Shown here piece after piece: positions 7,853 through 15,427 of a DNA stretch of 32,000 nucleotides. The first letter of the stretch is position 1, and every line of letters begins with the position of its first letter. Under the pieces are notes generated by a model. The model saw only the letters and a program-made list of their open reading frames with translations, was not told the origin of the DNA and did no database searches. Origin of the DNA: Desulfotalea psychrophila LSv54 (GTDB taxonomy: Bacteria; Desulfobacterota; Desulfobulbia; Desulfobulbales; Desulfocapsaceae); contig NC_006138.1 of the NCBI RefSeq assembly GCF_000025945.1, forward strand, positions 1,950,001 through 1,982,000, given 5' to 3'. The translations under genes were made by a program, and so were the position numbers.

Positions 7853-9151
7853 ATGAGAGCAATGAGTGATATAAAGAAGATGTATTCCACAATCCTCGGT
7901 GATAATTTTCCCATGGATATGACCATTAGCTTTGGCGAGCAGAAACTGGTTTACCGTAAAAAGACCTGGGCCATTCCGGGAGCAGACGGTAATCTCGAAG
8001 AACGTGGCGTGCGCTATGGTGAGAATCCCGATCAAGAGGCGGCCCTCTATGAACTCGCAAGCGGTAATCTGCAGCTGGGTGATTGTCAGTTTATCGAGGC
8101 GGGTAATGGTCTTGTCTCCTCCATCAAGGTTGAAGACATGCTCCAGGTGGGAAAGCATCCCGGTAAAATCAACCTGACCGATATTGATAATGGCCTTAAT
8201 ATCATTAAGTACCTGATGAAGAAGCCAGCCGCTGTTATCCTTAAGCACAACAATCCCTGTGGTGCCGCCTGGGATACCAGTCTGGCCATCGCCTTTAATC
8301 GAGCCCTGCGTTGCGACCGCATTGCCGCCTTTGGCGGTGCCGTTATCATGAACCGACCCTGTGATCTTGAAACGGCAGCGCTTCTTGCAGAAAACTATTT
8401 AGAAGTGGTTTGCGCCCCTGATTTTGAGGAGGGAACCCTTGAAATTCTTGCCCGTCGTAAGAACCTGCGTATCATTAAAATTGCAGGGATCGACAGACTT
8501 GCCGATTACGAAAAATTCCGTTTCATTGATTTCAAGAGCCTCATTGACGGTGGTATTATTGTCCAACAATCACCGGTAAATTCTATTCGGAGTGGGGATG
8601 ATCTCCTGCCTGCTACCACCACCCGTAAGGGCGAGGATTTCGCCTGTGAACGTCAGCCAACGGAACAGGAAGTTGAAGATATGATCTTTGGTTGGGCGGT
8701 AGAACATGGAGTTACCTCCAACTCTGTGCTCTATGTGAAGGATGGCTGTACCGTAGGTATCGGTACCGGTGAGCAGGATCGGGTCGGGGTGGCAGAAATT
8801 GCCGTGCATAAGGCCTATATCAAATATGCCGACCAACTCTCCTTTGATAGATTTGGTATACCATTTTCCAGTCTTGAACTTGAAATTGCCGCCGGTAAGC
8901 AGGATGCAGCTGTTCGGGATGAGATTTTGGCCAAGGCCAAGACGGATCGGGCTGGTCTGCCCGGTTGCGTGATGATCTCCGATGCCTTCTTCCCCTTCAG
9001 GGATGGTGCTGATATTGGTATTGAGCAGGGTATTACGGCGATTTTGCAGGCGGGTGGTTCCATGCGTGACGATGAGACCATTAAGGCCTGTAACGAGGCA
9101 GAGCCACAGGTGGCGATGATGTATACCGGTCAGCGTTCCTTCAAGCACTAA
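7853..9151 (+). CDS. purH: AICAR formyltransferase-domain protein (PurH-like, lacking the IMP cyclohydrolase/MGS domain)
   Basis: 432 aa. VRYGENPDQ, ILKHNNPCGAA and GTGEQDRV are AICARFT motifs. Only about 50 aa precede the YGENP motif, so there is no N-terminal IMPCH domain. ATG 7862 is an alternative start. Confidence 0.85.
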   Translation: MRAMSDIKKMYSTILGDNFPMDMTISFGEQKLVYRKKTWAIPGADGNLEERGVRYGENPDQEAALYELASGNLQLGDCQFIEAGNGLVSSIKVEDMLQVGKHPGKINLTDIDNGLNIIKYLMKKPAAVILKHNNPCGAAWDTSLAIAFNRALRCDRIAAFGGAVIMNRPCDLETAALLAENYLEVVCAPDFEEGTLEILARRKNLRIIKIAGIDRLADYEKFRFIDFKSLIDGGIIVQQSPVNSIRSGDDLLPATTTRKGEDFACERQPTEQEVEDMIFGWAVEHGVTSNSVLYVKDGCTVGIGTGEQDRVGVAEIAVHKAYIKYADQLSFDRFGIPFSSLELEIAAGKQDAAVRDEILAKAKTDRAGLPGCVMISDAFFPFRDGADIGIEQGITAILQAGGSMRDDETIKACNEAEPQVAMMYTGQRSFKH

Positions 9152-9156
9152 AAGAA

Positions 9157-9244
9157 CTTCCCCTCTCTCTTTTCTCCTCCCCTTTTTCTCTTCTCCTCCC
9201 CTTTATTTTGAAGGGGGAGGCCTGGGAGGGGGTCTTGAGGGGGG
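9157..9244 (+). other. 48-nt homopyrimidine tract followed by a G-rich homopurine tract containing a G-quadruplex motif
   Basis: 9157-9204 is pure C/T and contains a 13-nt direct repeat ttctcctcccctt (9172-9184 and 9191-9203). 9213-9244 reads GGGGG-aggcct-GGG-a-GGGGG-tcttga-GGGGGG. ctcctcccctt and aagggggagg can also pair as a hairpin. Confidence 0.6.
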
Positions 9245-9287
9245 AATCAAAGGCCTCTGCCTTTATGGGTACAGCGGAAAAGAAACT

Positions 9288-9733
9288 GCACTCACCACAG
9301 AGAACACGGAGAAAAAATTTTTAGTCGAACAGCAATAAGAACGATTTCATTGCATTATTTCTTCTAATTGTGACGAGTACAGTATTTAAATCTTCGGGTA
9401 AAGTCGTTTCAGCTTTACCCGTCCATTATCCAGATATTGAGTACCTTCATCTCTTTTGCTCAAAAGAGATGAAGGTGATGGACCCCGCCACTACGACCCT
9501 ACCCTGCGCTCCTCAAACCCCACGAGAGCTTGAGAAGGCTTGCTCTCAAACAGCTCAAATTCTATTTTCGTGGGTCTCTCCGGTGCTCAGCTTCGTGCCA
9601 ATGGGGCGAAATCAAGCTTGCTCGCTGACAGCCACTTTGCTTCACTGCCTCCGCTACGCTTCACTGCCGCCATTCCGCTACGCGTCACTGCTGCTTTTTA
9701 ATTAATTCCCTCTGTGTCCTCTGTGGTGAGCGC
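9288..9733. repeat. non-coding element bounded by imperfect terminal inverted repeats (MITE-like or a structured RNA locus)
   Basis: ctcaccacagagaacacggag (9291-9311) matches the reverse complement of ctctgtgtcctctgtggtgag (9710-9730) at 19/21 positions, extendable to 24 nt. Inside are a perfect 14-bp hairpin (9444-9457/9462-9475, loop gctc), a perfect 9-bp hairpin (9395-9403/9413-9421), and tandem cttcactgcc..ccgctacg repeats (9640-9694). Confidence 0.45.
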
Positions 9734-9752
9734 CTTTGCCCTTGTTCCTGGG

Positions 9753-10763
9753 TTATTTTTTTCGGGAGAGGATATAGTGGCCAAGGCCAACCAACAGGTT
9801 CATTTCGTCCTGTATATCTCTGCTCTTAAAAATATGTAACTGCTGACAGGCAAAGCTGATATCAGCCTCGGCATGGTCTCTGGCCTCGGCAAAGCCATTA
9901 TATTTCTCTATAAAGGCGGATATTTCTGTAAAAGATTCTGCCCGTAGGTTCTCGTCTGCCAGGATCTTCTCCACCCGGCAAACAGCGGGGGTATCGCCCC
10001 GTTTTTTTGCTTGGCTAAGGGCCAGAATAAGGGGCAGGGTCATCTTGCCCTCGGCAAGATCATTGCCCACGGCCTTGCCTGTCAACGCTGTATCCCCCTG
10101 GTAGTCGAGGAGGTCGTCGACAATCTGAAAGGCAGAGCCCAATTTTTCTCCATAGCTACGCAGGGCAGCTATCTCTGCCTCACTGCCCCCTCCGTAAAGC
10201 GCTCCCAGTTCACAGGCGGCGGCAATAAGTACCCCCGTTTTGCCCATAACAGCTCTATAATAATCAAGCTCTGAAATATTATACTCCTGGGCATTGCGTA
10301 GCTGTAAGAATTCACCATCGACCATGGCACTGGTGGCCTTGCCAAAACGGCGAAGTCCCTCTGCTCCCACCATCTCGCCGACAAAGATCATGGCCCTGGT
10401 GTGGAGGAAATCTCCGGCCAGGATGGCGGCCTCCATCCCAAATTTTTTAGCGATGGATTCCTGACCACGTCGCAGATCAGAGTGGTCAATGATATCATCG
10501 TGAAAAAGCGTTGCCGCATGCAGATACTCAAATCCTGTGGCCAATCGATATGTTTCCAGCCCGTTGTTGCCGCAGAGCCTGGCCGCCATTAAGACCAGCA
10601 GTGGCCTGATTCTCTTGCCGCCCGAGAGGAGGCCATATTCAAGGATATCACAGAGCAGGGGCTCCATGGACCCGCGGAGTAGAGCTATATCCTCTGCAAT
10701 ATAACGATTAACCTGCATTCCCTCTCTGCCAATCCCTTGGATCAATTCTATACTGTCTGTCAT
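9753..10763 (-). CDS. ispB: polyprenyl (octa/heptaprenyl) diphosphate synthase
   Basis: 336 aa with both Asp-rich motifs: LFHDDIIDHSDLRRG and FQIVDDLLDYQGD. Confidence 0.9.
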   Translation of the reverse strand: MTDSIELIQGIGREGMQVNRYIAEDIALLRGSMEPLLCDILEYGLLSGGKRIRPLLVLMAARLCGNNGLETYRLATGFEYLHAATLFHDDIIDHSDLRRGQESIAKKFGMEAAILAGDFLHTRAMIFVGEMVGAEGLRRFGKATSAMVDGEFLQLRNAQEYNISELDYYRAVMGKTGVLIAAACELGALYGGGSEAEIAALRSYGEKLGSAFQIVDDLLDYQGDTALTGKAVGNDLAEGKMTLPLILALSQAKKRGDTPAVCRVEKILADENLRAESFTEISAFIEKYNGFAEARDHAEADISFACQQLHIFKSRDIQDEMNLLVGLGHYILSRKK

Positions 10764-10803
10764 GAGCTTCTCATATTTTCTACCAACCCTGGAGGCTGTT
10801 TTA

Positions 10804-12777
10804 TTATAATGTTTTTTCCGTGCTAAAGAATTTCTTTACCTCATCAAGGGACCTGGTCACGGGTGCCGGTGGCAAACTGCGCAGGAATCTCTTACCATAA
10901 AATTTTGAGAAGAGACGAATGTCCAGAATGGTAATGAGACCCCGATCCCGGTCAGAACGCATTAGGCGGCCAACGCCTTGGCGCAGGGTCAGTACTGCCC
11001 GTGGCACCTGGAAATCCATGAAGGGATTACCACCGGCCGCCTTAATATACTCCATTCTGGCCTGGATGACAGGGTCAGTTGGCACTTCAAAGGGGAGTTT
11101 GTCAATAATAACACAACTCAGAGCCTCACCTGCCACATCAATACCCTCCCAAAAACTGGCAACGGCCAGGAGGACGGAGTCTCTATCCGCCTTAAACTCT
11201 TCCAGCAGGTGTTTGCGTGAGTGACGGCCTTGAACCAGCATGCGATAGTCAATTTTATCCGTAAGCCAGGTGGCAGCCCTCTCCATGGCAGAAAAACTGG
11301 TGAAGAGGATCAGGGCTCGACCACGACTCTGTTCCAGTATCTGCAATATTCTCTCGCAACTCTTCTGTCCATAGTCGGGGGCATTGGTCTCTGGAAATCC
11401 TCCTTCGGGTATATAGAGCAGGGCCTGCTCTTTATAGGCAAAGGGTGAGGCAAAACGGAGATATTTGGTGTCAGCTGGCAGGCCCAGCCTCTCTCGGAGA
11501 TAATCAAATTTTTCCCCTATGGAGAGGGTTGCCGAGGTCATTATGGTAGATTCAACTCCGGCGTATAAAAATTCATTTAACTCTTTGGCAACGGAGATGG
11601 GGGTCACCGACAGGACAATGGATTTTTCTCTATGCTCGAACCAGTGTACATAGTTGCTGCTGGTGGTATCGCGTGCGAGCCCCGTCAGGCGCAGGTTATC
11701 GTGGCACTCCTGACAACGGCGGACCAGGGTCTGCCATCCTTCACCTTTAAAATGGAGATCGGTAAGGGCCACTATCAGTTTTGCTATCCCTGTGGCTAAC
11801 AGTTCAACCTCCTGCTGCCATGCCTCTTGGCCGTACTCTGTTACTAACTCTTTAAGGGCTGTTTTCCCCCGTTTTTTAGGGAAAACGTGCATAAAGGCAT
11901 TAAGACGAACACGCATGCCGCTGAGGCGAGAGAGGAGATTTTTATGCTCATCGCTGACAAGAATCTTGTCACCAAGTCGCTCTGCGTCGCTGAGAATATC
12001 ACGGAGCTGATAGGAGCTAAAGCTCTTGGCAAAAAAGGTGGTGGCAATATCTTCCAGATGATGGGCTTCATCAAAGATCACTGCCTGATAGCGTGGCAGT
12101 ATCTCGCCATAGCCCTCTTTTTTCAGGGCCAGATCAGAAAAGAAGAGATGGTGATTGACGATGAGGATGCGGGCCGCCGCTGCTCGCCTGCGTAGGCGGC
12201 TAATAAAGCAGTTTTCCTGTTCGGGACATTCACTGCCGAGGCATTGGTCAGACTGGGAAGAGATCTTATGCCAGAGGGAGGCATCATCGGCAAGCCAGTG
12301 TAGCTCTGCCCGATCCCCGGTTACGGTGCTGGCCAGCCACTGTTCAATTTTATCCTCATCATCCTGGGCTATGAGGGAGAGTTGGGCGCTACTTCTATGT
12401 TGGTACCATTTATAGAGACAGAGGTAGTTTTGTCGGCCCTTAACGCATTGGGCAGAAACTCTGCCGCCAAACATCTTCTCCAGGAGGGGTATCTCCTTAT
12501 GGATAATCTGATCCTGCAGGTTGCGGGTAGCTGTTGAAACAACCACCCTCTTGCCGGAAATAACGGCGGGCAGGAGGTAGGCAAGGGTTTTGCCAATACC
12601 CGTTTCCGCCTCCACCACCAGTACCCTGGGGGGGGCAGAGACCGCATGGGGATCCGGGTCGTTGCTGTCCATCAGTGATCTACTCACCGCCTGGGCCATC
12701 TCTTGCTGACCACTGCGGGGCTGATAGTGGTCGATCAGCCCTGCCAGTCTGCCATTTTCACCAAAAAAATCTTCCAA
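10804..12777 (-). CDS. dinG: DinG/XPD-family ATP-dependent DNA helicase (Fe-S type)
   Basis: Walker A AETGIGKT, DEAH box IFDEAHHLED, Cys cluster (QNYLCLYK, SDQCLGSECPEQENCF), and C-terminal helicase motifs (VASFWEGIDV, QGVGRLMR). I place the start at TTG 12777, with GGAGAG 6 nt upstream. This gives MEDFFGENGRLAGLIDHYQPRSGQQEMAQAV and a family-typical 657 aa. The track ORF extends to 13134 through repeat DNA. Confidence 0.85.
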   Translation of the reverse strand: MEDFFGENGRLAGLIDHYQPRSGQQEMAQAVSRSLMDSNDPDPHAVSAPPRVLVVEAETGIGKTLAYLLPAVISGKRVVVSTATRNLQDQIIHKEIPLLEKMFGGRVSAQCVKGRQNYLCLYKWYQHRSSAQLSLIAQDDEDKIEQWLASTVTGDRAELHWLADDASLWHKISSQSDQCLGSECPEQENCFISRLRRRAAAARILIVNHHLFFSDLALKKEGYGEILPRYQAVIFDEAHHLEDIATTFFAKSFSSYQLRDILSDAERLGDKILVSDEHKNLLSRLSGMRVRLNAFMHVFPKKRGKTALKELVTEYGQEAWQQEVELLATGIAKLIVALTDLHFKGEGWQTLVRRCQECHDNLRLTGLARDTTSSNYVHWFEHREKSIVLSVTPISVAKELNEFLYAGVESTIMTSATLSIGEKFDYLRERLGLPADTKYLRFASPFAYKEQALLYIPEGGFPETNAPDYGQKSCERILQILEQSRGRALILFTSFSAMERAATWLTDKIDYRMLVQGRHSRKHLLEEFKADRDSVLLAVASFWEGIDVAGEALSCVIIDKLPFEVPTDPVIQARMEYIKAAGGNPFMDFQVPRAVLTLRQGVGRLMRSDRDRGLITILDIRLFSKFYGKRFLRSLPPAPVTRSLDEVKKFFSTEKTL

Positions 12778-12873
12778 TGCTCTCTCTCCATCCTGCCAGA
12801 TTTTACCTCTACCTCTACCTCTCCTCGGCCAAAGGGGCAGTATACAGGAAAAGGGGAAAGGGCGGAACAGCAG

Positions 12874-12922
12874 ATACGAGATGAGGAAGACCAGATACGA
12901 GATACTAGATGCGAGATACGAG
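12874..12922. repeat. degenerate heptamer array (7 phased units, consensus ATACGAG), inverted relative to the perfect array at 13128-13248
   Basis: The phased units are atacgag atgagga agaccag atacgag atactag atgcgag atacgag. atactag and atgcgag are each 1 mismatch from ATGCTAG, the reverse complement of CTAGCAT. A second phased block lies at 12984-13011 (atacgag cagcgaa gcggcgg atacgag). Confidence 0.7.
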
Positions 12923-13127
12923 AAAAAACAATGAACTGAAGAAAAATAGGTGCAAAGGAGAGGGATAGGGGAAGAGATATTAGATACGAGCAGCGAAGCG
13001 GCGGATACGAGAAAAGGGAAAAGGCGGAACAGCAGGGGGATAATGCAGGGGAACTTATTGGCTAATAAAATATTGGTGACATTTGGCAAAAAAATCGTGT
13101 AATTCTTTGCTATTAACATATGCTTTT

Positions 13128-13248
13128 CTAGCATCTAGCATCTAGCATCTAGCATCTAGCATCTAGCATCTAGCATCTAGCATCTAGCATCTAGCATCTA
13201 GCATCTAGCATCTAGCATCTAGCATCTAGCATCTAGCATCTAGCATCT
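13128..13248. repeat. perfect heptanucleotide tandem repeat (CTAGCAT) x about 17.3
   Basis: 121 bp of uninterrupted ctagcat units read directly from the sequence, between the porin terminator and the dinG upstream region. Confidence 0.97.
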
Positions 13249-13255
13249 GTTTTTC

Positions 13256-13293
13256 AAAAAAAAAGGGCCCATCCCCAAGAGGACAGACCCTTT
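13256..13293 (-). terminator. probable rho-independent terminator of the porin gene
   Basis: On the minus strand: AAAGGG-ucu-GUCC-ucuugg-GGAU-ggg-CCCUUU followed by U9, about 30 nt after the porin stop. The helix is interrupted, hence moderate confidence. Confidence 0.45.
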
Positions 13294-13325
13294 ATAAGCA
13301 GATTCTACTTTAGCTAAGGGCTAAA

Positions 13326-14597
13326 TTAGAATGCAAGCTCAAGAGACATACCAAAACCGAAAGCAGGATCTTCCATCTCATCTACGTCCATGTAACCGGC
13401 ACGGGCATAGACCATGGTGCCGTCGTTGATGGTGTAGGCAGCAGTTGCAGAGATCTCGTAGACAGAGGTAGAGTCCTCAGTGCCACCGGCAACAAGCATG
13501 ACGTTATTGCTGGTTTCCATGTTGGCATAGGCGAGGTTCAAGCCAAGACCAAGGGTCTCGGTGGCCTGGTAAGAGGTCTTGAAACCGGCAAAGTAGGTAT
13601 CAACAGCAATATCATCAGCACCAAATGCACCGATATTGTTAATGGCACCTGGGGTGATTTGATTATCACCAGCGATCATAACAAAACCAACTGGGGCATC
13701 AAAGGCATAACCGTCCATGGCAAAACCACCAAGAAAGGTTACGTTAACAGCGTCAAAGTCCATGCCAGCAGTTACATAAGCACCGTAACCATCATCGCCA
13801 GTCTCAGTAGTAAGACCATTCATGTCATCAGAGGCAGAGAAACCATCTTGCTGCCAGCCAAGCTCAGCGGTAAGGGCAACGGGACCAGCCTGACCTGCAG
13901 CAGCAGCATTCAGGATAAGACCGCCATTCTCACTTCGGGCATCAGGGTTATTAGGACTTGCAACGCCATCGGTAAGGCTCAAATCAAGCTGGGTGTAAGA
14001 TGCACCAAGCTTGGAAGACCATACGTCGTTCCACTCTTGGTTCCAGCCAAGAACGTAGATGCGATTTTCTGCATCATTAGCGTTGTAAGCTGGGGTCCCA
14101 ATGATACTAGTTCCTTGATTGTCCAAAGAGTTTAGCACACCATAGAGACCGACAACGGTGGTGCCCTCAGAGGCCCAGGTGAGACGAGCATTGTCGATAT
14201 AGGCATCGTTCCAGAAACCGGTGGTAAGGGAGAGCTGTTGACGACCTGCGGTGAGGAGGGTGCAACCCATGGGTACACCAACATAGGCTTCATACATTTG
14301 GAAGGTATCGCCACCATTGTCATCAGAAATACCTGGCTCGTTGCCCCAAACAGTATCTACACGGGTTTTCAAAACCGCATAAGAACCACCAGCGGTGGTG
14401 CCTCTCATTTTCAAACGTACACGGGAGTTCCAGTGATCAGCTTGGTCATCAGAACTGGCAACAGCACCCAAGTTGTAGTCACTTTGGTAGTAGTAACGGG
14501 CACGAGCGTCACCAGAAAATTCGATTCCAGCAACAGCGGTGGATACCATGGTGCCAGCAAGCATAAGGCCTGCAGCAGCAGCGATAATTTTTTTCAT
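13326..14597 (-). CDS. outer-membrane beta-barrel porin
   Basis: Start moved to ATG 14597 (AAGGAGA 7 nt upstream), giving the signal peptide MKKIIAAAAGLMLAGTMVSTAVA. The protein is rich in alternating Gly/aromatic beta-strand patterns and ends ...MSLELAF, with the C-terminal Phe typical of OMPs. Confidence 0.75.
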   Translation of the reverse strand: MKKIIAAAAGLMLAGTMVSTAVAGIEFSGDARARYYYQSDYNLGAVASSDDQADHWNSRVRLKMRGTTAGGSYAVLKTRVDTVWGNEPGISDDNGGDTFQMYEAYVGVPMGCTLLTAGRQQLSLTTGFWNDAYIDNARLTWASEGTTVVGLYGVLNSLDNQGTSIIGTPAYNANDAENRIYVLGWNQEWNDVWSSKLGASYTQLDLSLTDGVASPNNPDARSENGGLILNAAAAGQAGPVALTAELGWQQDGFSASDDMNGLTTETGDDGYGAYVTAGMDFDAVNVTFLGGFAMDGYAFDAPVGFVMIAGDNQITPGAINNIGAFGADDIAVDTYFAGFKTSYQATETLGLGLNLAYANMETSNNVMLVAGGTEDSTSVYEISATAAYTINDGTMVYARAGYMDVDEMEDPAFGFGMSLELAF

Positions 14598-14692
14598 TTT
14601 CTTCTCCTTGAAAAGCTTTTTGTATCCCCCAAGTCTCTCAGGCAAGGGGGGCGATCTCCGTCGCATTGACGGAAGATAATTCATGTTCACTC

Positions 14693-14721
14693 TTTTTATC
14701 GGCTATGGCGTCCAATGTCAA
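14693..14721 (-). promoter_or_regulatory. candidate sigma70 promoter for the porin gene
   Basis: Minus strand: TTGACA (14721..14716), a 17-nt spacer, then TAAAAA (14698..14693). This would give a 5' UTR of roughly 85-90 nt. Confidence 0.3.
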
Positions 14722-14769
14722 TTTTTTTTTACTCAGGGTTAAAAAATTTGTACCGCAAAGGCAACATTC

Positions 14770-14796
14770 CGTAGAGACGTCGATTTATCGCGTCTC
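14770..14796 (+). repeat. REP-like palindromic element, copy 1
   Basis: cgtagagacgtcgatttatcgcgtctc. The arms gagacg(t)cga / tcg-cgtctc form a bulged hairpin. Identical to the reverse complement of copy 3. Confidence 0.75.
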
Positions 14797-14839
14797 ATAA
14801 ACGAGTTTGTGGAATTTGGCATGTAAAAAAAAGGATGTT

Positions 14840-15374
14840 TTATGATTTTTGCCAATTCTGAGAATTGCTCACAATATATTCTCTTGTCAGTTGCAGTCTC
14901 TTTTCATTACGAATTATCTGCTCATAAAATCGTGCCTGCCATGCAAATTGCCTGTCGAATTTATGCACTTCAAATGTAACCCTGCCCTTATACCAACGAA
15001 CAATGGTCGATAAATTTTTATATAACATTGGATTTTTGCTTTTTGTTGTACCACCAGAGACGCGATAAATCGGTAGGTGATCCGTATCAGGTCTTTCAAG
15101 TATAATAATGGCGTGTAGATGATTTGGCATTATGACAAATTCATCCAGGTTGACAAAGGAAAAGTGAACAGGGATTGCCAACAAAGTTTTTTGCGCTATT
15201 TGGCCCGATTTCGATAATTGCATATATATCATGAGATATCTCTCCAAGAGACATCACATTGTTTTTGGTACAGATGGTCACAAAATAAGCGCTGTTTGCG
15301 CCATAATCCCATGATGACAATCTTGCCGATGGTACCCTGTATTGATTTTTATATTTTGTTCTATCCATTGTCAT
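14840..15374 (-). pseudogene. REP-associated tyrosine transposase (RAYT, IS200/Y1 HUH family), disrupted by a frameshift
   Basis: Two overlapping ORFs in different frames. 15374..15141 gives MTMDRTKYKNQYRVPSARLSSWDYGANSAYFVTICTKNN.... 15247..14840 gives ...LSKSGQIAQKTLLAIPVHFSFVNLDEFVIMPNHLHAIIIL...STIVRWYKGRVT...FAWQARFYEQIIRNEK. HUH motif (HLH) and catalytic Tyr (WYKG) are present. The frame switch falls at or next to the (AT)4 run at 15222-15229. Confidence 0.85.
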
Positions 15375-15400
15375 GTTTTCCAGCTAATCGCATATTTGCC

Positions 15401-15427
15401 CGTAGAGACGACGATTTATCGCGTCTC
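15401..15427 (+). repeat. REP-like palindromic element, copy 2
   Basis: cgtagagacgacgatttatcgcgtctc, 26/27 identical to copy 1 and in the same orientation. Confidence 0.75.

Noticed and set aside
8570-9148. 192-aa minus-strand ORF
   Set aside because: It is antisense to the purH-like gene. It is a shadow ORF.
9370-9705. 111-aa ORF inside the inverted-repeat-bounded element
   Set aside because: It has a GTG start without a Shine-Dalgarno. Its composition is low-complexity (…LRYASLPPFRYASLLLFN) and comes from translating tandem repeats and hairpin arms. It resembles no family. I treat it as non-coding.
13134-13248. Could the regular short-repeat array be a CRISPR array?
   Set aside because: The 7-nt units are directly abutting with no spacers, there are no 25-40-nt repeats, and no cas genes are in the window. 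It is a microsatellite-type tandem repeat.
13128-13248. Classical phase-variation switch for dinG or the porin through heptamer slippage
   Set aside because: The array lies outside both coding regions, about 350 bp from the dinG start and downstream of the porin terminator. It is not between recognisable -35 and -10 elements. Copy-number change would therefore not obviously toggle either gene. I keep it as a repeat finding, not as a demonstrated switch.
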